NCBI RefSeq assembly: GCF_963924715.1 | Contig: NC_089527.1 | Coordinates: 28,250,551 to 28,314,550, forward strand | Reading direction: 5' to 3' | From: Thunnus thynnus | Taxonomy: Eukaryota | DNA length: 64,000 bases | Part shown: positions 49,621-63,159 of the stretch, one piece after another | Position numbering within the stretch: position 1 is the first letter of the stretch | How the letters are laid out: every line of letters starts with the position of its first letter | Notes under the pieces: generated by a model | What the model saw: the letters and a program-made list of their open reading frames with translations, nothing else | Databases searched by the model: none | What the model was told of the DNA's origin: nothing | Translations under genes and position numbers: made by a program

Positions 49621-50532
49621 ATAGACTGTAAAAAAAATATGGACGTAGCCATCATGGAGTCACCCATTGGTTTGTGGACTGCTGTTTTGAAGTCTTGTAT
49701 TTAGCGATTTGACCGTCACCATCCTGGATTTGACCGTCGCCATCTTTGCCCATTGATGTATTATAAGAGCTGGATAGGGCTCTGTCGCTCAACTTTGCAG
49801 CCAATTTTGCACAGTGGTCACTTGCAGAATGGCAGCAAAAATATCCCCCTGCAGCCCAAAAAGCATTTTCCCCATAGACAACCATTGTAAAATATACGTC
49901 TGTAAAACTGTTGACAGGACACCTTGGACTGCAAACAAGGTCAATTATGACTCTTTCTATTATGATTTTTTGATCCATGGAGGTTTTTTTATTTGTAAAA
50001 CTTTACTCGAGCCGAGAAAAGCGGTAAATATCCGTAATGTTATCACAATGTAAAGTCTATGGACCAAGCAGGAACTCGTGGGCGAGGCTAGCAAGGGAAA
50101 TACCACTGCGCATATTCAGCTAGCTGCACAATACGGAAACAAACCCAGAAGCTAGAAACTTTTTTGGCATATGCGCCAGCTGGGCAATTCTTATTGGACT
50201 GAATTGGTGCCATTTTTGGTCCAGCAGCTCTTATAATGCATCCAAGTTAATGGTTTTAGGCCTGTTTTTCACTAGTGGAAATTAACATTAGCATTATCAC
50301 TGTTAACCATAGATTGTAAATGCACCGTGCTAACCAATTGAGCAGCTAACGTTATGGTCAGCTCCACCCTCTTGTCCAAATATGGTCACTTCTGGCTCCA
50401 AAAATCAAACATGGCGATGGTGAAATCCAAGATGACAATGGTGAAATTGCTAAACTCGAGGATTCAAAACTGCAGTGCACAAACCAGTGGGTGACGTTAC
50501 AGTGACTACGTCCATATTTTTTACAGTCTATG
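49621..50532. mobile_element. Long-TIR non-autonomous DNA element (~910 bp) inside a CLEC copy 1 intron
   Basis: The left terminus ATAGACTGTAAAAAAAATATGGACGTAG... (49621-) pairs with the right terminus ...CTACGTCCATATTTTTTACAGTCTATG (-50532). The subterminal arms remain similar inward for about 130 bp (GTCACCCATTGGTTTGTGGACTGCTGTTTTGAAG vs GTCACCCACTGGTTTGTGCACTGCAGTTTTGAAT). A related terminus is at 10865. Confidence 0.6.
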
Positions 50533-50839
50533 TTTAAGACTCTTTTTATATTGCCTTCAATTGTTCTTATGGGTGTTGTGAAATAATAAGTAACTACTAA
50601 TTTGTCCTAGTATTGGACTTGTATCTGTGAGGAATCATTAGATGAAGCATTAGTCTGGGTTTGATGACACAATTTTATCCTGCTCTTGGTTAAGGCTGTT
50701 TGGATTCATCCTCCATTGTATAAATTATGCACATTAGGGGTTCATGCACTGAAAACAGTTTTCGAAACCAGATATTTACAAGTAGAAGGACATAAACTGC
50801 GTCTACTCTTTAATGTCTCTTGTTTAACATATTTTACAG

Positions 50840-50982
50840 AGAAAACTTGTTCTGCAGGATGGAGTACGTTCAGTTTTACTTGTTATCTCATCTCCACTAA
50901 ATCTGGTTCTTGGGAAAAAGGCAGAAAAGACTGCAGAGCCAGAGGAGCAGATCTGGTGGTCATAGACAGTTATGAAGAACAG
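50840..50982 (+). CDS. CLEC copy 1 exon 4: CTLD part 1
   Basis: EKTCSAGWSTFSFTCYLISTKSGSWEKGRKDCRARGADLVVIDSYEEQ has the canonical CTLD start C-x-x-GW...CY.FS....W..A...C...GA.LV.I.S.EEQ. The donor is followed by a (GT)n repeat. Confidence 0.9.
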
Positions 50983-50987
50983 GTACT

Positions 50988-50988
50988 C

Positions 50989-51029
<41 letters not shown>

Positions 51030-51036
51030 ATTATGT
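50988..51036. repeat. (GT)n microsatellite directly after the CLEC copy 1 CTLD exon 4 donor
   Basis: gaacag|gtactctgcgtgtgtgtgtgtgtgtgtgtgtgtgtg. Confidence 0.9.
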
Positions 51037-51331
51037 TGACTGTCAACCCTGGACTGTACATAAGACATGCATGTCCTGGAAGAGGGTTCCCTCCTTTGCT
51101 GCTCTTTATTTAGGTTTCTCATGTTTTTTTTCTCACCCATCAGTGTTTAGCTTGACTTGCCCTCTAACCCTACTGATTGCTTTATGCACAAATTCCAAAA
51201 AAAAAATGTTTTTCAACTTTTTTAAACGAATCCTTGTCAGAATTGTTCATATTAATCCCTGTAAATTACCTTTATAATATGGTTGAAACTAAATATAAAT
51301 ACAGTGGCTTTCTTTCCTTCACATTGAGCAG

Positions 51332-51435
51332 GAATTCCTCATTAATATTACAAAGCAAGCAAGTTGGATTGGTTTGAGTGACAGAGAAAAAGAGGGAACC
51401 TGGAAATGGACAGATGGAACTCCACTGACTCAGGC
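51332..51435 (+). CDS. CLEC copy 1 exon 5: CTLD part 2
   Basis: EFLINITKQASWIGLSDREKEGTWKWTDGTPLTQ has the WIGL.D...EG.W.W.DG motif. The donor is caggc|GTaagg. Confidence 0.85.
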
Positions 51436-51999
51436 GTAAGGCAGAAATTTTATTCACCTTTTTTTTGAATATAGAGAACATATACAATGATTGCTGTATG
51501 TTCACTGAAGTAGTTTTTTTTTTTATGACAGTCTACATAACAGCCGCTGTTCAGAAATAATCATATTGACTTGTCAGAGTGGAGCCAAATAACCATTTAC
51601 TGTCAACAAAATGGTTAATTTATTTAGTTAACTGACCATCGCTCAGTATAGCATGAACAAAGTGCTGGTATTCGGAGCTAACCAGCCATGAGCAGCTGCT
51701 GTCAGGCTCTCCATGACTGTTAAGCTTTGACAGTCACTAGAAGCACATTCATTGCCCTTTGTAAAAGTTTCTGTGTGGTACCGGTGTTGTAGCTGAGATA
51801 GTGGCTCTACTATGTGAGTATTACTATATCCAGTACGTGTGTGTGTTTTTTTGTTTTTTTTTATGTCATGTTAAGGGAGAGGCCAAAGAATTCAGCTGAA
51901 CTGAATTTTCAAATATAAGCAGACACCATTTGTCAATTAGCTCCACACCTATTTTTGTTTGTTTATTTGTTTTGGTTTTATTGGTTTGTTTGTTTGTAT

Positions 52000-52520
52000 T
52001 ATTATTACTTTAGTATAAAATGTGTTACTATATTATATTTATATTATCTGTCACTATGATAATTATTATTCATTATTATCTATATTATTTAATATTTATT
52101 ATCAATGATGCAACAACAATCATGATGCTTGTCATTGCCATTTTCACTTATCATTCTCATTGTTATAGAAATAGTTATCATTAAAGCTGTTACACATGCC
52201 ATTATTGACATCAGGAGAAGGATGATGTATATTAATATTATTATATAGACAGCTATTATTAATATTATTACACATGTTTATAGAATGATGATTATGATGT
52301 TGATTACTGTGGATAATTTATGTAATAATGGTCAATTTTTGCATAGATTATTATTAGGATGAAAAGATGATACTATTATTATTATTATTATTATTGTCAT
52401 TATTATACATATTAATAGGATGATGATGACAACAATATTATTTATCTGTACTATTTTTAGAATTATTATTATTATTATTATTATTGGCATTCATATTAAT
52501 TTTGATATCATTTTAAGAAT
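52000..52520. repeat. AT-rich low-complexity region / (ATT)n microsatellites
   Basis: attattattattattattgtcattatta, ggatgatgatgac. Confidence 0.8.
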
Positions 52521-52829
52521 AAAGAAACATGTAGTATTTGGTAACAGGCCGGATTTCAGTCTGTTAAGTTCAGTTCAGTTACTGAACTCTGTTCATTTCT
52601 ACCGTTTTACAAGTGTGAGAATACACAGACACCTTCAGGTTCAGACCATACACAGACATACAATTAACAATTACACTGAACCTCCTCACTCAACAACCTA
52701 CTCTATTCACCTACTTCTTCTCTTTTCTTTCTATTCTCACTGTCTCGCTCTCTCGCTATAAATTATTTTTTTATTTATCATTATTGTTATTTTATTTTTA
52801 TTAACTTGTTTACATACTCATTTATCTAT

Positions 52830-54500
52830 CTTTTGTTATGTTTTATTCCGTTATGTTTGAGCCAACCATATCTGAATGATGGGACCACCTCGGACTGAGC
52901 CCTGGTGACTGGGGGAGGGGGACTTGGGGGACTGGACTGGTTTGGGACAGCTTGGAGTCAGAGGACCTGATCCCCACTAAGCCCTTCTCCAAGTAGAAAG
53001 TTGCTCCTCAGACCCAGTTAAACAGACCCCTCCTGTAGATGTGGGGCTGTTCTAAAGGGGATCTGACCTACAACAGGCCAGCCACCTCTTACAGGAGTGG
53101 TGGCAGCCTAAAGACAAAGAAAGCAGGGAAGAGGAGAAGCGGAAAAGAGCTAAAAAATTAAGAATAAAAAAAGAATAAAACAAGCAAATAAACAAAATTG
53201 AAAAGAAAAGAGACAAAGAAAGGGAAAATAAATACATCAAAAATTCTGTCCTGACCTGACCTGCCCCAGATCCACCAGATGGTGCCTGCCCTCTAAGATT
53301 GTGGCTGTGTTATTTTTTTTCTTTTTCTTTCTTGGGGTTAATACGGTCTCTTCCTTTTTGTTCTCTCTACCTTTTTTATCTTTCACACAGAAAACCCACC
53401 CACTCACACAAACACACACCTACCTACACCTACCTAAGTCTAGTTCTCCCACTTGTCTTCTGCTGTCATATGTGTCTTCATGTTGGCCACTTGTATTGCA
53501 CTATGAACAAAAAAAATCTAAGCAGACACAAATAAGCTGATTTTGAGCAGGAAAAAACAGTTTTACACACAATGTGTACTGTTTGAGCATCATATGCCAA
53601 TATAAACCTATGTGTACAGTGTATAAAAATTAGTTCCACGGTAAAACCGCGTTTGTTTTGTTATGTATTTTGGCTAGTTGGGAAGTGGAAAATACAACAA
53701 ACAGAAAACATATTAATTAACCTTTTAAAGTTGTTATGGCGAACTTGGCCAGCAGTTGCCTATTTACACTCTCAGCATACATTGAGCAGTAGAATTCATT
53801 TGGAGTTGTGTTTCTGACAAATGTTACTGTCAGACTCGGGGAAGCAGGAGTGGACCCAAACGCAGAAGCCGGAATGCAGATATGATGAAAAACTCCTTTA
53901 ATTGTGGATGGTCATGGACAGGACAAACAGAGCTGAACAGAACTTGCAGAAGAAACAACACAAAACGATCCAACAAAGACTGAACAGAAAACCAGAACTT
54001 AAAAAAACTGAACTAACAAGGAGATGAGGTGCAGGTGGGGAGATGGGTGGAGAACTCGAGAGGGGAATGAACATACAGGGAGCTGATTGGCTGAGGACAC
54101 ACAGGGAGCGGGGCAGGGCTGACGAGGCTAACACAGGGCAGGTGTGGGGAAGACAGCAGGGCAGGGCTAACGAGTCCAAATGCAGGGCAGGTGTGGAGGA
54201 GTACATGAACACACAAGGGAAACAGAACAAAAACCCAGAAAACAAACTCAATGCCATCTACACTAACCCAGCCAAAACCAACTACAAACACTAACCCAAG
54301 CACACAACCCAACAAACTAATGATGCAGTCCTCTAAAACCCACCACCCAAATCATACAAGAAAACCCTTATGAACCGAGGGACTAAACAGACGTGCAAAA
54401 CCAGGAGACCCCACAGAACACAACATAAGACCAAAAAAACACCCAAAGTCCAGGCAAGATGTGACAGTTACTCCCAAAAAAAAAAATCAAAGTGTTTGAC
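52830..54500. repeat. Unclassified interspersed repeat-like region in the last CLEC copy 1 intron
   Basis: The sequence is low-complexity and purine-rich. It contains segments such as ggaagcaggagtggacccaaacgcagaagccggaatgcag and repeated gggcagggctaacgag blocks. It has no coding potential. The only ORFs are low-complexity ones on both strands. Confidence 0.35.
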
Positions 54501-54686
54501 TTGTTTCCTGCTGTGTTATTGTCCACAGGACAACATTGGGTGTCAGCATGGAAGGTTACAAAGTTTTACAAACCTATATTGTCTCAAAATAATCACAGTG
54601 TGTTGGCACATAACCAAAAACTACAGAAGCTGTGTTTATGACTGTGTTGAGATTGACAGTCATGATTCTCATTCTCATTAACTTAG

Positions 54687-54858
54687 GTATTGGGCGACAA
54701 ACCAGCCTGATAGTGGAGGTGAAGATATGCAGTGGGGAGAAGAAGACTGTGTGACAGTCATACCTCAGTTGCCAACTACATACAGCTGGAACGATCTTTC
54801 GTGTGATGCTCCTAGGCAGTGGATCTGTGAGAAAATCCTTAGCATTGGCGCAAAATGA
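54687..54858 (+). CDS. CLEC copy 1 exon 6: CTLD part 3 with stop codon
   Basis: (A)YWATNQPDSGGEDMQWGEEDCVTVIPQLPTTYSWNDLSCDAPRQWICEKILSIGAK* has the EDCV...WND..C.....WICE motif. The total CDS is 726 nt, giving 241 aa, and every exon junction is phase-consistent. AATAAA lies about 10 nt downstream. Confidence 0.85.
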
Positions 54859-54974
54859 GTTTTGAAATAAATCATATGTTATAAATATACTTTTACAATT
54901 TAAACTACTAGTGCAGTTCCCGTTCAAAACGTGCCTATTGGGAACGGGCTGATTGCTTATTGTTTCTCGAGAGC

Positions 54975-54980
54975 CACATA

Positions 54981-55035
<55 letters not shown>

Positions 55036-55036
55036 G
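54975..55036. repeat. (AT)n / (ATATATAC)n microsatellite
   Basis: atatatatatatatatatacatatatatatatatatat. Confidence 0.9.
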
Positions 55037-56309
55037 TATCAAGTGACAAATGTATTAATAAAAATGATAAGGAACTAATAAATTAAATGGTTTAAATCCA
55101 GACAGAAACTCCAGTGAGACTAAACTGAAGCTGAACTGTAGAAGCACTTTTCATTTGTTTATTCCAAGTTTATTAATATTAAACATGTCGTGTGTCCAAA
55201 TTGCACCATGTAACCATTGTTTGCTTTGTATTTCTCTTTATGCACAGTAAACCTATTCACATTGAACTCTGCCAGCTTCAGATGTATTTTTTGAGTCTTT
55301 CTCTTATAAGTTTTTAGTTGAATGCTAAGTTGTGGGTGACCTGAAGATTTATTGGCCCAACTGAAGATTTCCCACGACATAACCATATAATGTAACATTA
55401 AAAAGGAAGTGGTTCATTTGAAACATCTGCAGCGATCTCTCCCTCAGTGTGTAGAAAGTTTTGGCTTTTGGCCTTGCGGTTGACAAGCTGTGTATGTATG
55501 CATGTGTGTGTGTGTTTGTGCAGATAGTGGTCTGACCAAAGTTCCTGTTGTTTCTGTGGCTGAAGATGACAAGTCGATATAAAGAGTCAAGATGAGGTGC
55601 TGACGAGTCATGTCTCCACAAATTAGACTGTTGTTTGTCATATCAATGTCTGTCTCCATTACAATGTCCTGATGTCAACTCCATTTTTGCAAATATTAAC
55701 AGGCTATGTTTGCATTATTTATTTGTTTCATTGGGTATTATACAGTAGTTTATTGCACTGCATATAGTTTTCTAATGTTAATGTATTGTTGTAATAATTA
55801 TAATTGTTCTTACTGTATTAAACTTTTTTATCTTGATTGACCGTGTTGTTGTAGTTTGTAGATGTACTTTCTGTTTCCTCCCTTAGCTTGTTTTTAAAAG
55901 GCTTTCTCATATAATACACCCATGTTGGGCCTTGGCTACAAGTTTGGCTATCAGCAATAATTAATGATTATCAAAGATAATTATTGATTATTAAAATTAA
56001 TCGAAATTATTAATAAGAATGAATAATAACAGGGCATCACCCTGGAGTCAGGGAAAAAGAAGCCAATTCAGTCTCAAAATTTACTAAGTTATCAATTTTT
56101 AACTCTGATCAATAATTAACTTGATATCTATAACCAAAATTATCATAATAATAGCTAGTTAAAGTATAAGGATTTTAGAGTTCTTTGGCAAAAGGTTGGC
56201 AAAACTCATTCTTGTGCAAAATTAAACAGACAGCATGTATATCCAAAAGCATTTATTTAACAAAAAGGTAAAAGAGAAAAACACACAATATTAATCTAGT
56301 TTAATTTAC

Positions 56310-56343
56310 CTATATACAAGTGTATGTGTGTGTGTGTGTCTAT

Positions 56344-56374
<31 letters not shown>

Positions 56375-56388
56375 GGGTGGGGGACAAT
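56310..56388. repeat. (GT)n followed by a poly-G tract of at least 20 nt
   Basis: gtgtgtgtgtgtctatgtgtgtgtgtgtgtgggggggggggggggggggggtggggg. Confidence 0.9.
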
Positions 56389-57500
56389 GGCAAGATGGCT
56401 GAAGTCACTTGGTGACTGAGCACATGGTATGGAGACAACATGACCGACAGAGACAACTGCAGAGATAAAAGGCCAGACCATGTGGTGTCTTGAACCACAT
56501 GTGCTGTCTAAAGCAAAGTGCAAAGCTAGGTTTTAAACCTCTTAACTGTGGTTCTCTGTTTAAGGCCAATTGGTGTAGGCTAAAGGTGCCAGGTTAGGAA
56601 GAGGTTAGTTGCATGCGAGGCCTAGTTACTGGATGTAACGTGTGTTAAGCATGCTAACATTAACTTAGCAGTGTGGCTATGCAATAACCTGACCGTCACA
56701 GCAAGGACATCACAACAATAGTTCAATGAATAACCTTAGCCAAATAAATACATGTACAGTAAATTGATTGAGTTAAACATTCTTACTTAGCCATGCTATG
56801 CTTCACTATATGTTGCTAGGTTATGCCCAGTTGTTACCAAGTCCATGGAGAAAGAGACCTGGGTCCATGGGGTTTCCCACTTAGGTGCCAACAACCACAG
56901 ACTGTTTCTTTAGGACTCCTGTTGTTTCTTAGAGTCTTGAAACATGTGGTCGGCCAGTGAGACCTAACACCCACCATATAATAACAGCTACATGAGTCTC
57001 ATGTTTTACCTGAAAGACTCGTGTTTAATGCTTTTATTTATCGTTTGTGATGTTAAAACATCACAGAAATAAAAAGTTTGTGTCCTGGTATTAGCACTGT
57101 CTCTGCTGCTGGCTGCTGACAGTGCTGTCAGCTGGAGTGTCAATCAGACTGGATGGTGCGTGTCTGTTTAAACAGGAGTTTAGCCGACTTCACTGCATTT
57201 AACATCGGAGCTGAGAGCATCAGAGCTCAGAGCAGGAAACACAGTCACTCTGCGTCACGCTACTGCTGTCCTCTGATTCCATCATCAGCCAATGAAGAAC
57301 CTCCGATACTCAGTCGGCCGACCAGTGGTGTAACTTCATCACTCACTCACTCACTCACTCAACCGTGGTTATAGGGCTGGTCTGTGGCTGGTCCAGCCAA
57401 ACACTGTGACAGAGAGACAGTGTCATCTTCTACAGTACATGTACAGCAGCCAGTGCTACACAGCTGTCCTTTTAGAAAATACCGTAGTTGCTTTTCAACA

Positions 57501-57546
57501 ATGGAAGAAATCTATGTTGATACCAAACATTCAACAATTCAGACAG
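57501..57546 (+). pseudogene. CLEC copy 2 exon 1: cytoplasmic tail; the copy as a whole looks disabled
   Basis: MEEIYVDTKHSTIQT(G) is paralogous to the copy 1 and copy 3 first exons. Confidence 0.6.
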
Positions 57547-57584
57547 GTAAGAATATTCAGTCAGTCATACTTTTCTCTGTTCAG

Positions 57585-57693
57585 GTCCGAAGACTTCAGA
57601 GAGGAGATTTCATGGAGCTGTTCTTGTCTTGGGGCTTCTTGGGGCTGCTGAGTGTTTTCCTGCTGGCTGGACTCATCGGCCTCGACGTCCAAT
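57585..57693 (+). pseudogene. CLEC copy 2 exon 2: TM exon carrying a 7-bp tandem duplication (CTTGGGG) that frameshifts the TM segment
   Basis: The exon is 109 nt here against 102 nt in copy 3 and 99 nt in copy 1. In the spliced frame the stretch LLSVFLLAGLIGL becomes AAECFPAGWTHRP. The intact TM reading is found only in the unspliced frame (ORF 57384..57707). Confidence 0.6.
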
Positions 57694-59040
57694 GTGAGTC
57701 TGGTTAACATTCAGAAGTTTAAGTCAGACTGAACTCATGATTATAGGAGCTGATTATTCTACTCTGAAAGATGATGTCCTGACTTTGTTCTGGTTTGTGT
57801 TGGTCTTAATTACTGTTTAAATTTGTTAAAGTGTCATAAAAATACAACATTGCTGTTTGTTTGGACAGCAGCATATGGAGATGCATATGTAGAAGGAGGC
57901 AATTACTCCTTAGGTGTGCTGCTTACTGGGAGAAGCACAGTTTTTTGATTGCCATTTAGAGGCTAATCTTTAAGCCTTTTTAAGTTTTCATGCAAGTTAT
58001 TGGTGTAAGTGTGTGTATAGCAAAGGCTGTATTGGTACATGGTGGTAAATAAATACATGAAAACTAGTTTTTACGGAAGATCAATATGTTGCATACAATA
58101 AGAAAATTATGATTGTAGTGGGAAGGTTAACATTTTTTCTTACATTTAATATATGTTATAATTAAGGAAATAGCTAAGATATTTTTATTTTATTTAAAAC
58201 AAAGAATTAGTGATTTACAGTATACTTTTATTGAAGAAGGATGTTTTCTCTTCCACTGGTCCAACGTTACTCAGAAGTACTTCAGACAATCTCTGGTTGT
58301 CTTATTCAAAATAAAGCACTCACAAGTCCAATGTAATGTAAGTGGTGGTATTATGTGAATTTTTGTAGATTAAAACTTTACTTTCATCTGGTGGTGTGGA
58401 AGCTGAGCTTCGTGAGATCCTAAGGCTTTGTAGTATGGTTTAAAGCATGTTGTGACTGGAGACACAAAGTAACTGTGCTGAGAATGGTTTCAAAGCATTT
58501 TATACATTCAAAGGGAGGCATCTGCTGGCCAAAACCTTGGTATTGATCTCATGATCAAATACTGAGCCAATCTAGCTGTCAAAGAAAGTGAGTGGCATAT
58601 TTGAGATTTTGATAAACCCATATGTCTTTATTTCTGTGGTGTCATCCAGTAATAATATCCTGCCTCAAAATCTGACATCAGGACACAGAAAGAATGAGCT
58701 GAAATCAACACATAAAGTTTGTTCCATTATCTTCAAATAAAAACTGATGCCATCAAAATAATTTGAAAGATGCGATAATCACAAAAATTGTATTCATACC
58801 ACAGAACTGCAGCTAAAAATCAGCACCAGAAATGCTCCATAGTTGGTAGAATATCAACAATTCTTTGGTTTTATTTTTTATAATCATCTTTATTTCATTT
58901 CATGCTTTCCACCATGAGGCTTTGCTTACAATCTATTACCAACATAGATATACAATAAGACCTTGATGTGGAACATAATATAGGCCTATCCTATCCTAGG
59001 ATGGTGCCTCGTCCTAACACCTTCAACGTAAGACGCCCAT

Positions 59041-59041
59041 A

Positions 59042-59108
<67 letters not shown>
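59041..59108. repeat. (CA)~34 microsatellite
   Basis: acacacacacacacacacacacac... Confidence 0.95.
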
Positions 59109-59109
<1 letters not shown>

Positions 59110-59695
59110 TACATGCATAACCCTTATTCTATGTCCTGTGTTCTCTACTGGAGTCCCCCCTCCCCCTCCCAGTCATGCCATAAATTCTTTTTAATCTCAT
59201 AGGGCTTCATCTGTGTACTTCCAAATTTCATTGAATTGCTTCAAAGCACAAAATTGGTTCTGTGCTTTCTGTGCTAATTCTGTTCTTAATATGCATCTTT
59301 TTAACCCTCATACTTTGGAAACAGACAGACTTGATTCTTGTCTAATTTCTAATGTTGTGTGTTACAGAGAAAACATCCTCCCTTGAGTTTTAGTGCCTAA
59401 AACTTTTACACAGTACTGTAACTGATGACCAGAACACTATGGGGGTGTTTATTTATACAGGAGGCTCCTTTGTTGCTATTTGATGACTGCAAATTTATAT
59501 TTAGGAAAAATACTACAGTGAACCTGCAGCCCTGTTCAATTCGCTGCTCTATAGCTCAAAACTATACTAAGGCACATCATGCAAGATAGAAGAAATTCCA
59601 TAAATGTGATGTTTGTGAAGAAATATTATTTGTGTGAAGGACTGTGTTCATGTCAGAGATTAAGTATCACGATTCTCGTGTTCACTGACCTGTAG

Positions 59696-59858
59696 GTACT
59701 GGGAGACAAATCAGCCTGATAATAAAGGTGGAGATCCAAAGTGGGTTGAAGAGGACTGTGCACATATGAGGTCTGGCAAGAAAACTAATCTAAACTGGAA
59801 TGATCGGTCATGTGATGCTTCTCTGCGGTGGATCTGTGAGAAAAATGCTGGTGTATAA
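59696..59858 (+). pseudogene. CLEC copy 2 terminal CTLD exon (intact on its own); the neck and CTLD exons 1-2 were not found between 57.7 and 59.7 kb
   Basis: (.)YWETNQPDNKGGDPKWVEEDCAHMRSGKKTNLNWNDRSCDASLRWICEKNAGV*. The acceptor is cctgtag|. Confidence 0.6.
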
Positions 59859-62800
59859 TATGTAAAAATGCTTTTTCAAAGCAAACTATGATTTTGCAAA
59901 AGGCAAATCAGTTTGTATGTGTGTGAATTTAAAACTTTTCTCTGCTGTGCTGATGACCTTTTGCTTCTGTTCTGCCTTTTCAAAGAGATTTCTATAAATT
60001 AGATATTTACAGCTTTTGCCAGAAGAGCTTCATTAACCAATTTCCAATGTTTCAAACAACTAAAAGAAGCAGACAGATAAAACAAATCAAACCTCTGCAA
60101 AATGCAACAGATTCATAAAAACCTTTATTTTGATTAATGTCTTAGCTAAAGATTTCATGATAGTTGAAAGTTGCAAAAAGCCTGATTGAGACCATTTCTT
60201 ATGACATCCCTCATATCATAATTAAACAATGTAATATAGATTTTGTGTAATTATGTCTTACTATATCATCAAAAGACACTTTCCTGAAAATAATTTTTAA
60301 ATGAAGTGTGTTCAGCAGCTGACAGATCTCTTTAGCAGAGGCCATCAGTGTTTGTGAATTTTATTTGATAATTAGTGGTTTCACTCAGGAAACACTTGCT
60401 GTTGTGAGAAAATTATCAAATTATTTTAGATGAAATGTAAACCAAAACTATTCAACAGATGAGTCAATATAAAGTCAGTCAATTACAACATATAAGCACT
60501 GTACTGGAGTCAGACGTTTATGATGTCCTTTGTAATGCTGGTAGCTGATACTGGTTGTGCCTTTTATGCAATTATGAAAATAATTAAAATCTTTTTAAAA
60601 ATTGAATTGAAAAGAAGTTAATGATATGATTTAAAGGTAGGTTTGAGGATTGCTGTGACTCTATAATGATACCCTTGAGTTGGATCACCCAAATCAACAG
60701 ACTGAATCTCAGGTGCTTTGAAAACCTTACAGCAGATAGTTGGTTTAAACAGTATACAGGTTATTATATATTCATTTTTAATAGTTGTTAAATCTATCAT
60801 ATGTCAATTTTAAATATTAATTTTTGTCCCAGATTAATTTTTAAAAATAAGTTAAATCATATTCAAAGTAAGGAGTCAGGCTCTTTATGTGGTTGCACAC
60901 GTGTGCATATGAAAGAGAAAAGAGATAGAGAGCAAGTGCACATACACAACTGTTTATTTTGTCCGTCCGACAAAATAAAACCTACCAAATATAAAACCAT
61001 ATCTACACACTTGGGGGAAAGAGTCCTCGCTGGAGAAGTATGAGGGTAAAGTCACTCTAGGAGGATCTGCAGTGGTTCCGTTATGTGGGTCTGTGTGCAG
61101 GCCTGGTCAACTGCCTTATTTTTTTTCCTACCCGCATTCTGACCCGTCCCTACTGTGCCTCTGATTGGCTCTGATGCTGATATTCTTCCCCTAATCCTAA
61201 CTATCTCACTCCTTATGCCTAGGCATAGGCACCCCATTAGATGGCCATCTAATGGGGGGCGCCAACATAATGAGCCAATTTCACTAAGCGCCAGATCGTA
61301 GCCTCTGCTCTGTCAGTACCACACTTCCAGCCATTCGTTCATACCTAAGCTTATTTGCTAGTTACCTGTTGCTTGTACTCAGTCTGAACTTTATTCCCTT
61401 TTCCCTGCAGGTCCGTCTGCTCTGCCCTCTGGCCCCTGTCTCCTGGACCTCCCCTGTCTCCTGGACCTCGCCTCATCTTGTCTGCTCCATTCTCCCAATC
61501 TGGACCCACAAAGCTCCATACTCCACCTTCGAGATCCGCGCCTGGCTCTGCTGTGAACCATTCCCTGGGTCTCACCTGGCTAACTTAACCCTGCCATTCT
61601 GAAAATAAAACATTGTTTCAGTCCAACCGTGTCTCTGGCCTGTCTGTGTTCACACTATGGTTCACCTGCTTAGCAACCATGTGACAGATTATATTTATGT
61701 ATTTCTTATTTTACCAGTCCGTCAGTGCATTTCTCTCAGTTTCACCAGCCTTCTTGACACTACTGCAACCTCCACAACCTGCTGGCAGGTGAGTGCACAA
61801 CCAGGATCACTTTATAGCTTATAGACATTTATGTTCATTTATGTTCATGCTGCTGTGTTATTATTTGAAAGTATGAAACTATTTCAAATTATTATACCTA
61901 ATGTTGTGTATTGCTGTGATGCTGCTTTACTTTATTAAAATATAACTTTCATGTTTTCTGCATTTAAATGAGGGATAAGGAATATTCAGTGTGAATATGG
62001 AGTGATCTAATTTCCATCCATCTCTGTTTGTGATTGAATGTTTTGATTGTAGGGAATGGTCTCACCTCGGCCCCAGGCTTCATGGAGATAACCAGTGAAT
62101 GGGCTTTCCTGGGCTACAGACTCTCCACCTGTAACACTTAACAAGCTCAGATGCTGCCATTACTTCTAGAAATCTAGAGAAAGTTAGCAGCATCTTTGTT
62201 TCTTGTCATTTAGACTGCTGTAATTCCTTATAAGTTGGTCTTAGTCAGTCTTCCATATCCTGAGTGCAACTTATTTAAAACACTGCTGCTCCTCCGTCAC
62301 TCCTGTGTTGGCCTTTCTTCACTAGTTTCCTGTTCAGCATAGAATTAATGACAACATCTCACTGTTTCTCCTTATATTTCTGACTTTTAAACCTTCCAAC
62401 TGCTCTGGGTCTTTGAAGTCTTCTGATTTAAACCCATAAGTGCCACCATAAACACTGTTTTTTCCATTACACTGTGATATTAGTATGTTATATGGGTTGC
62501 TAGGTGATACTGCTACATCAGTGTTGCTTGTTCTTACACAGCTGATTTTTTACATTGGTGACAGTGGTGTCATGGACACAAGTACCACAAGGCGTTGCCT
62601 TAACTTATCTACTTCCTCAATAATACCCCTGTTGCCACTGTTCTGTGGAACAAATGTATTAGAGAGCAGTTTACAGACATGTAAAACATAAACATTCTGT
62701 GTAAGAATGACAAAAAACAACAGCCATTATTTGTATTATGAAAAACAATATGAATATTTTCTCTACGCGCAAGAAATGAAAATCTCCTTCCAATGAGCTT

Positions 62801-63022
62801 ACTACCAAACAGCATCCATATGTTGATTTCTGTCTAAAAAGTAAAACAAGAGACTCATTAAGTTTTTGTTCCTGTTTCGAGTAATGATCACACATTGTAT
62901 CTATGTTCAGCATATTTGTGTGAGAAACTGAACCCAACAAGAGTTCATCATATGCTATACATGCGTTGTAGCTTGTGCTTCAGAGCCGACCCTTTAGAAA
63001 ATAGTTGGCATCCTTAAGAGCG

Positions 63023-63074
63023 ATGGAGGAAATTTATGCAAATGTTGACTCAATAACTTCAACAAAACAGACAG
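63023..63074 (+). CDS. CLEC copy 3 exon 1: cytoplasmic tail (the gene continues past the window end)
   Basis: MEEIYANVDSITSTKQT(G). The donor is acag|GTaaaa. Confidence 0.7.
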
Positions 63075-63159
63075 GTAAAAATGTTGCACAAAGATCTCAA
63101 TTATCATCTGTTCTTTTTACTGTTGTATCATTGACTGTATTGACTGTTTCTCTGTTCAG

